Part shown: positions 46,966 through 53,190 of the stretch, piece after piece
Position numbering within the stretch: the stretch's first letter is position 1
Layout of the letters: the number at the start of each line of letters is the position of its first letter
Assembly: GCA_964412085.1 (NCBI GenBank)
Contig: CAYPMY010000001.1
Coordinates: forward strand, 1-53,190
Origin: an uncultured Paraprevotella sp.
GTDB lineage: Bacteria; Bacteroidota; Bacteroidia; Bacteroidales; Bacteroidaceae
Direction of reading: 5' to 3'
DNA length: 53,190 nucleotides
Position numbers and translations under genes: made by a program
The notes under the pieces: model-generated
The model's input: only the letters and a program-made list of their open reading frames with translations
The model's database searches: none
What the model was told of the DNA's origin: nothing

Positions 46966-46996
46966 CAAAGGTAGCTATATTCCGTTAAAATGCAAA
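46966..46996 (-). promoter_or_regulatory. sigma-A promoter of psd-pssA
   Basis: Minus strand TTTG (46993-96)-N19-TACCTTTG (46966-73). Confidence 0.75.
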
Positions 46997-47134
46997 ATTC
47001 TCGTACTTCCTTTTTCAAAGGCCGCCCCCTAAAAAGTCTTTTATGCCAAAAAAACAACGGTTTCTTTTGCCGGTTTCCCCGATGTGGCGTAACTTTACCC
47101 GTGATTTCTGTTTCTTACCAAATCATAAGCTATT

Positions 47135-50100
47135 ATGCAGGACTTCGTACATCTTCACGTGCATACCCAGTATTCCATCCTCGACGGTCAGGCCAGCGTG
47201 TCGCGCTTGGTGGACAAGGCGATGGAAGACGGCATGCGCGGGATGGCCGTCACCGACCATGGCAACATGATGGCCATCAAGGAGTTTTTTAATTACGCGA
47301 CCAAAAAGAACAGCGGCGCGAACGCGGACGTCAGGACGTGGAAGAAGCGTGTAGCCTTGTTGGAAAACGGTGAGGACGCGGCCTTGAAGGAATGGGCGGA
47401 CGGGCAGGAAAAGAAGAAGAAGGAAGCCGATGAGCTGAGGAGGTGGGCAGAAGCAAACGACGAGCCGATGCCGACCGGGGCGAATTTCGTGCGGGAGGCG
47501 CGGCCGGATTTCCCGCCGATTGCCGACCAGCTGGCTACGGCACGTGCGGAGTTGGCGGCGGCCCGGAAACGCTTGTTCAAGCCGATATTCGGTTGCGAAA
47601 TGTACGTGGCGCCGCGCCGTCTGGATCAGATGGATAAGGAAAAGGATGGCCGGCGGTATCACTTAATCGTGTTGGCCAAAAACGAAACGGGGTATCATAA
47701 CTTGGTCAAACTGGTCTCCAAGTCGTGGACGGACGGTTTCTACGGGCGTCCGCGTACGGATCGTTTTGAACTGGAGGCGCACCGTGAAGGCCTGATCGTA
47801 TGTTCGGCCTGCATAGCCGGCGAAGTCCCCCGGAAAATACTGTCGGGCGACCTTGAGGGGGCAGAGGAGGCGGTGCGGTGGTACAAGCGCGTGTTCGGGG
47901 GCGACTATTACCTGGAACTCCAGCGCCATGAGGTGAAGGACCCGAACCAGCGGGCCAACCGCGAGACTTTCCCGCTGCAGCAACGGGTCAACGCGCACCT
48001 GATGGGATTGGCCCGCAAATACGACGTGAAATTGGTCTGCACGAACGACTGCCATTTCGTGGAGCAGGAGGATGCCGAAGCGCACGACCGTTTGATTTGC
48101 CTGAGTACCAACCGCGATCTGGATGACCCGAAACGTATGCTTTACTCCAAACAGGAGTGGTTCAAGACGAGGGCGGAAATGAATGAAGTGTTCGCGGACG
48201 TGCCGGAAGCATTGGCAAACACTTGCGACATTTGCGACCAGGTGGAGTTTTACAGCATCGACCATGCGCCGATCATGCCGAACTTCGCCATCCCGGAAGA
48301 GTTCGGGACCGAGGACGGCTATCGGAAGAAATACACCGGCGAGGAATTGTTTGAAGAGTTCACCCGCGACGAAAACGGCAACGTGGTGCTCAGCCGTGAG
48401 GAAGCCGAACAGAAGGTGGAGAAGCTGGGAGGCCGTGACAAGCTTTACCGCCTGAAGTTGGAAGCCGATTATCTGGCCGAACTGACCTACGCCGGGGCGG
48501 CCAAGCTCTACGGCGACCCGTTGCCGGGGCACGTGCGCGAACGTATCAACTTCGAGCTGCACGTGATGAAGACGATGGGGTTCCCCGGTTACTTCCTCAT
48601 CGTGCAGGACTATATCAACGCCGCGCGTTACGAGTTGAACGTGTCCGTGGGGCCGGGACGCGGGTCGGTGGCCGGCTCAGCGGTGTCCTATTGCTTGGGC
48701 ATCACGAAGATAGACCCCATTGAATACGATTTGCTGTTCGAGCGTTTCCTGAACCCCGACCGCATTTCGCTGCCCGACATCGATGTGGATTTCGACGACG
48801 ACGGGCGCGGAAAGGTCCTGAGCTGGGTGACGCAGAAATACGGCGAAGAGAGGGTGGCGCACATCATCACCTATGGCACGATGGCCACGAAACTGGCCAT
48901 AAAGGACGTGGCCCGGGTGGAAAAGCTGCCGTTGGACGTTTCCAACGGATTGTGCAAGCTCATACCGGACAAATTGCCGGACGACGAAAACGGCAGGCCG
49001 CGCAAAATGAACCTCCCGAATGCCATCTCGTGCATCCCGGAGCTGCAGCAGGCCGAGGCATCGCCGAACCCCTTGCTGCGCGACACCATCCGTTATGCCC
49101 GGATGCTCGAAGGCAATGTGCGGAACACGGGGGTGCACGCCTGCGGCGTGATCATCTGCCGCGACGACGTGTCCGATTGGGTGCCGGTCAGCACGGCGGA
49201 GGACAAGGAGACGGGGGAGAAGCTCCGCTGCACGCAGTACGAAGGTTCCGTGATTGAAGACACGGGGTTGATCAAGATGGACTTCCTGGGGCTGAAGACC
49301 CTGTCCATCATCAAGGAATGCCAGGCCAACATCCGCGACAGCCTCGGAATCGACATAGACCTGGACGCGTTGGACATCGCCGACCCGGCCACATACCGCC
49401 TGTATTGCGACGGACGCACCATCGGGACGTTCCAGTTCGAATCTCCCGGCATGCAGAAGTACCTGCGCGAATTGCAGCCTTCCTCTTTCGAGGACTTGAT
49501 AGCCATGAATGCGCTTTACCGTCCGGGGCCGATGGATTATATACCCGACTTTATCGACCGCAAGCAGGGGCGCAAGCCCGTGGCGTACGACATACCGTGC
49601 ATGGAGAAGTACCTGAAAGACACTTACGGCATCACGGTGTATCAGGAGCAGGTGATGCTGCTGTCGCGCCAGCTGGCCGATTTCACGCGGGGCGAGAGCG
49701 ACACGTTGCGCAAGGCCATGGGCAAAAAGCTGATAGAGAAGCTGAACCACATGTACCCGAAGTTCATCGAGGGAGGAAAGAGGAACGGCCACGACCCGAA
49801 AACGCTGGAGAAGATCTGGGCGGACTGGAAGAAGTTCGCCTCTTACGCGTTCAACAAGAGCCATGCCACGTGCTACTCCTGGGTGGCCTACCAGACGGCT
49901 TACCTGAAAGCCAATTTCCCCGCCCAGTACATGGCGGCCGTGATGAGCCGGAGCCTGGCGAACATCACCGACATCACGAAGCTGATGGGCGAGTGCAGGA
50001 GCATCGGCATCAACACCTTGGGGCCGGACGTCAACATTAGCCGCCGGAAGTTCAGCGTGGACGTGGACGGGAACATCCGCTTCGGGCTGGGGGCCGTCAA

Positions 50101-51085
50101 GGGGCTGGGCGATTCGGCCGTGGACGCCATCGTGGAAGAAAGGGAAGCCCGCGGGCCTTACAAGGACATCTTCGACTTCATCCAGCGTGTGCCGAGCGGG
50201 GCAGTGAAACGGAACAACCTGGAAAGCCTGGTGCTTTCGGGGGCTTTCGATTGTTTCGGAGGCGTCGCCCGTGAACAGTATTTCGGCGTGAACGCCAAGG
50301 GGGAATGCTTCATCGACCTGCTGGCACGTTACGGCGCGCGCTACCAGACCGACAGGGACGCCGTGCAGAATTCCCTCTTCGGAGACATGGACATGGTGGA
50401 AATCGCCACGCCGGAAGTGCCGCGGGCCGAGCCGTGGAGCTCGCTGGAGCGCTTGAACAAGGAGCGCGACTTGGTCGGCATCTACCTGTCGGCCCATCCG
50501 TTGGACGATTATGCCGTCATACTCCAGAATGTATGCAACGCGCACATGGCGGATTTGAAGGACATGGGACAGTTCGCCAACAAGGACCTCACGCTGGGCG
50601 GCATGGTCACGTCAGTCCGAAAGGGAATCTCCAAGACCGGCAAGTCGTACGGCATCGTGACGATGGAAGACTTCACGGGAGCTTGCGAGCTGCCTCTGTT
50701 CGGGCAGGACTGGTCCGCGTGGGGTTCATACATGGAGGTGGGGAACACGCTCTACGTCACGGCCAGATGCCAGCCCCGGCAATGGAACCCCTCCAGGCTG
50801 GATCTCCGCATCGGGCGCATCGATTTCCTGGCGGACGTGAAAGACACGCTGGTGGAAAGGATTACTATATCCGTGGCTTTGGACGCGTTGGACGAGGATG
50901 TCGTGCTTTCGCTTTCCGGCATAGTGAAGGCGTGCCCGGGCAATACCGACCTCTATTTCCGCATCCTCGACCCCCTGGGGCAGATGAACCTGACGATGCA
51001 GTCCAAGTCGGCGAAAGTGTCAGTTAAAAAGGATTTAATTTCTTATATTCAAGGCAACCCCGTCCTCTCGTACAAAATAAATTAG
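47135..51085 (+). CDS. dnaE: DNA polymerase III alpha subunit
   Basis: PHP motif FVHLHVHTQYSILDG, GPGRGS, LLFERFLNPDRISLPDIDVDF, KMDFLGLKTL and YAFNKSHA. Confidence 0.98.
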   Translation: MQDFVHLHVHTQYSILDGQASVSRLVDKAMEDGMRGMAVTDHGNMMAIKEFFNYATKKNSGANADVRTWKKRVALLENGEDAALKEWADGQEKKKKEADELRRWAEANDEPMPTGANFVREARPDFPPIADQLATARAELAAARKRLFKPIFGCEMYVAPRRLDQMDKEKDGRRYHLIVLAKNETGYHNLVKLVSKSWTDGFYGRPRTDRFELEAHREGLIVCSACIAGEVPRKILSGDLEGAEEAVRWYKRVFGGDYYLELQRHEVKDPNQRANRETFPLQQRVNAHLMGLARKYDVKLVCTNDCHFVEQEDAEAHDRLICLSTNRDLDDPKRMLYSKQEWFKTRAEMNEVFADVPEALANTCDICDQVEFYSIDHAPIMPNFAIPEEFGTEDGYRKKYTGEELFEEFTRDENGNVVLSREEAEQKVEKLGGRDKLYRLKLEADYLAELTYAGAAKLYGDPLPGHVRERINFELHVMKTMGFPGYFLIVQDYINAARYELNVSVGPGRGSVAGSAVSYCLGITKIDPIEYDLLFERFLNPDRISLPDIDVDFDDDGRGKVLSWVTQKYGEERVAHIITYGTMATKLAIKDVARVEKLPLDVSNGLCKLIPDKLPDDENGRPRKMNLPNAISCIPELQQAEASPNPLLRDTIRYARMLEGNVRNTGVHACGVIICRDDVSDWVPVSTAEDKETGEKLRCTQYEGSVIEDTGLIKMDFLGLKTLSIIKECQANIRDSLGIDIDLDALDIADPATYRLYCDGRTIGTFQFESPGMQKYLRELQPSSFEDLIAMNALYRPGPMDYIPDFIDRKQGRKPVAYDIPCMEKYLKDTYGITVYQEQVMLLSRQLADFTRGESDTLRKAMGKKLIEKLNHMYPKFIEGGKRNGHDPKTLEKIWADWKKFASYAFNKSHATCYSWVAYQTAYLKANFPAQYMAAVMSRSLANITDITKLMGECRSIGINTLGPDVNISRRKFSVDVDGNIRFGLGAVKGLGDSAVDAIVEEREARGPYKDIFDFIQRVPSGAVKRNNLESLVLSGAFDCFGGVAREQYFGVNAKGECFIDLLARYGARYQTDRDAVQNSLFGDMDMVEIATPEVPRAEPWSSLERLNKERDLVGIYLSAHPLDDYAVILQNVCNAHMADLKDMGQFANKDLTLGGMVTSVRKGISKTGKSYGIVTMEDFTGACELPLFGQDWSAWGSYMEVGNTLYVTARCQPRQWNPSRLDLRIGRIDFLADVKDTLVERITISVALDALDEDVVLSLSGIVKACPGNTDLYFRILDPLGQMNLTMQSKSAKVSVKKDLISYIQGNPVLSYKIN

Positions 51086-51093
51086 TATATTTG
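51086..51093 (+). promoter_or_regulatory. -7 element upstream of trxA
   Basis: TATATTTG immediately after the dnaE stop, 34 bp before the trxA ATG. Confidence 0.55.
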
Positions 51094-51127
51094 CCGGCGG
51101 TAACAAACGACTGAAAGGAACGATACG

Positions 51128-51442
51128 ATGGCATTAGCGATTACGGATTCTAATTTTGAGGAGTTGCTGGCTTCAGGCAAGCCGGTGGTAGTGGACTTCT
51201 GGGCGACGTGGTGCGGCCCGTGCAAGAAAATCGGGCCGGACATCGAGGCGTTGGCCGAAGAATATGAGGGACAGGCCATCGTCGGCAAGTGCGACGTGGA
51301 GGAAAACGACGGCCTGGCCATGCGCTTCGGCGTGCGCAACGTGCCCACCGTGGTCTTCATCAAGGACGGCGAGGTGGCGGACAAGCAGGTCGGCGCGGCC
51401 CCGAAGAGCACCTTCGAGGAAAAGCTGAAGGCCATCCTTTGA
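51128..51442 (+). CDS. trxA: Thioredoxin
   Basis: VDFWATWCGPCK; 104 aa. Confidence 0.97.
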   Translation: MALAITDSNFEELLASGKPVVVDFWATWCGPCKKIGPDIEALAEEYEGQAIVGKCDVEENDGLAMRFGVRNVPTVVFIKDGEVADKQVGAAPKSTFEEKLKAIL

Positions 51443-51453
51443 CGGCAGAGGCC

Positions 51454-51792
51454 ATGGACAGCTTGGAACAGGAGCTCCTGCAGGAAGCCGAGGACGACGC
51501 CCGCACGGTGGAGTTCATCAAGAATTACCTGCCGCAAGAGGTAAAGGGCAAGTTCTCGGACGAAGAGCTGTATTACTTCCTGGATGTCATCGTGGAGTAT
51601 TATGCCGACAGCGGCGTCCTTGACGCGGAGCCCGACAAGGACGGCTTCATCGAGATAGATCAGGGCAAGATAGCGGACTACGTCGTGTGCCAGGCCCGTA
51701 AGGACAAGATGGGCGACTTCGCGGCCGAGGACGTCCTGTGGGTGGTCCGGGGCGAGCTGGAATACGGGGAGTCTTCCGGCGGGGAAGGTTGA
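51454..51792 (+). CDS. Acidic hypothetical protein
   Basis: MDSLEQELL...VEFIKNYLPQEVKGKFSDEELYYFLD...VRGELEYGES. Starts 11 bp after trxA, with host-like codon usage. Confidence 0.75.
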   Translation: MDSLEQELLQEAEDDARTVEFIKNYLPQEVKGKFSDEELYYFLDVIVEYYADSGVLDAEPDKDGFIEIDQGKIADYVVCQARKDKMGDFAAEDVLWVVRGELEYGESSGGEG

Positions 51793-51919
51793 TCCCGTGG
51801 CGCAAGATTGCGGAGGCGGGCGGTCTTGTCCCGTGAAAACGCAAGACAAAATCCCTTCCGCGCAGTGCGGGGAAGGAATCTCAAGAGAACGGAAAACCAA
51901 CCGGCTGTGATTGGTTTTC

Positions 51920-51963
51920 CAATCTCAGGAGAACGGTTTCCCGTTCTCGTGAGATTGTTTTTT
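51920..51963 (+). terminator. Rho-independent terminator
   Basis: CAATCTCAGGAGAACGG-TTTC-CCGTTCTCGTGAGATTG (1 mismatch) followed by TTTTTT. Confidence 0.75.
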
Positions 51964-52451
51964 CGTTTCGTATCCGATTGTGAATTAGCGGGTTGCTTTT
52001 GGGGCGGGGAAAGTAAGGAATCTTGTCGCGTCCCGCCTGTCCCCCTTGCTCGTGCCCCGTCCTTGGGCGGGGAGGAAATGCCGGGGCCCATGTCGGTTTG
52101 GACCGTGGATGTCCGTTGCGGATAATGCGGAGGGCTTTGGCCCCAAATCCGGGGTCATGGGCGGCGGATGCCGCCTGGAATGCCGGGCGGGCGGGATTGT
52201 CCCTTCCGAGTCCGCGCCCATGCCGCATGGCATGGGGAATCCCGGCGGAGCCGGCAAGTCTCCCCGCCCCGGCCCTGCCGGGAGAGGCAGCCCCGCCGCG
52301 GGGGATTCCCGGGAGCCGTGAAGCCCCGCCGCGATTCCCTCTCCGATTGCCGGAGTGCCGGAGGCGGAGGGCGCGGGATTACCCGTCCGCGACCGCCGCG
52401 GGCTGGCGCGGGGACTTCCCCGGCGTCCGGCCTGCCTGCCGCCGCGGGCCG

Positions 52452-52862
52452 TCAGAACCTCACCGTGCGCGAGCCGTCTTCGCCCTCTTCGATGGTCACT
52501 CTCACCGTGTTGCCCGGAAGCAGTTCTTCCACCAGCTCCGGCCACTCGATGAAGCAAATCGCGCCGCCGTAGAAATAGTCTTCGTAGCCCATGTCGTACG
52601 CTTCTTCCAATCCCTTGATGCGGTAGAAGTCGAGATGGTAAATCGGTTCCCCTCTGCCTGAACGGTATTCGTTGACGATGGCGAAGGAGGGCGAGTTGAC
52701 GACGTCTTCCACGCCGAGGCATTCGCACACGGCTTTGGTGAAGGTGGTCTTGCCGGCTCCCATCCTGCCGTACAGGGCAAAGACGGTGTTGCCGCCCATG
52801 GCCGCGACGAATTTCCGGGCGGCCTCGCGGATGCGGTCTAAAGAGTCTATCCTGATTTCCAT
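52452..52862 (-). CDS. tsaE: tRNA t6A biosynthesis ATPase TsaE
   Basis: [31 protein letters not shown] and FIEWPE. Confidence 0.97.
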   Translation of the reverse strand: MEIRIDSLDRIREAARKFVAAMGGNTVFALYGRMGAGKTTFTKAVCECLGVEDVVNSPSFAIVNEYRSGRGEPIYHLDFYRIKGLEEAYDMGYEDYFYGGAICFIEWPELVEELLPGNTVRVTIEEGEDGSRTVRF

Positions 52863-52880
52863 GGTATGGCTTTCCTTCCT

Positions 52881-53190
52881 TTAATTGCGTTTCCTGCTTT
52901 GCAGGGTTATCAGCGGTATGAGCATTTCCTCCATGGAGATGCCGCCGTGCTGGAAAGTGTCGCGATAGTAGGACACGTAGTAGTTGTAGTTGTTGGGATA
53001 GGCGAAGAAACCGTCGCCCGAAGCGAAGATGTAGGCCGTGCTCAGGTTGGGGGAGGGGAGCAGGACTTTGCGCGGGGCCTTGATCTCAAAGACTTCCCTG
53101 GGGTCGTATTTCAGGTTCTTCCCCAGCTTGTAGCGTAAGTTCGTGTTCGTGTTCTTGTCCCCGACGACTTTGACCGGCGACTTCACGCGG
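52881..53190 (-). CDS. porX: PorX / PglZ-domain response regulator, C-terminal fragment (5'-partial)
   Basis: NLRYKLGKNL...FFAYPNNYNYYVSYYRDTFQHGGISMEEMLIP. Lies next to tsaE, as is usual in Bacteroidetes. Confidence 0.88.
   Translation of the reverse strand, partial: RVKSPVKVVGDKNTNTNLRYKLGKNLKYDPREVFEIKAPRKVLLPSPNLSTAYIFASGDGFFAYPNNYNYYVSYYRDTFQHGGISMEEMLIPLITLQSRKRN

Noticed and set aside
47135-51085. Possible intein in the long DnaE
   Set aside because: No C/S…HN-C splice motifs or LAGLIDADG blocks. The extra length comes from helical inserts.
52881-53190. PglZ domain as part of a BREX defence system
   Set aside because: Sequence and tsaE adjacency match the housekeeping PorX regulator, and no brx genes are present.

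Overview
GC-rich Bacteroidales (Prevotellaceae-like) chromosomal window in three parts. (1) About 1-39300 is a large polysaccharide-utilization locus (PUL). It has tandem SusC/SusD pairs interleaved with three fasciclin (FAS1) lipoproteins, three T9SS-sorted multidomain proteins (one partial DUF4979-like, one uncharacterised ~1430-aa protein, one alginate-lyase-family/CBM6 protein), a GH39, a GH95 and a membrane-anchored sensor-AraC regulator. (2) An AT-rich type IIS restriction-modification cassette (HTH-fused m6A MTase, Dam-like MTase, AlwI-family REase) interrupts the PUL. It is bracketed by two 250-bp direct repeats (4 mismatches, 4440 bp apart) with no integrase or transposase. (3) About 39600-53190 is housekeeping: floA (internally deleted and frameshifted), nfeD, rsgA, frr, pyrH, birA, yraN, tadA, DUF4834-like, pssA, psd, dnaE, trxA, a hypothetical, tsaE and partial porX. 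Notable details are a G11 tract in the promoter spacer of the PUL regulator, a second SusC with no visible TonB box, and a shared AATCTCA(A/G/C)GAGAAC palindromic motif in two convergent intergenic regions. No rRNA, tRNA or CRISPR was seen. All family calls come from motif recognition by eye, not from database searches.
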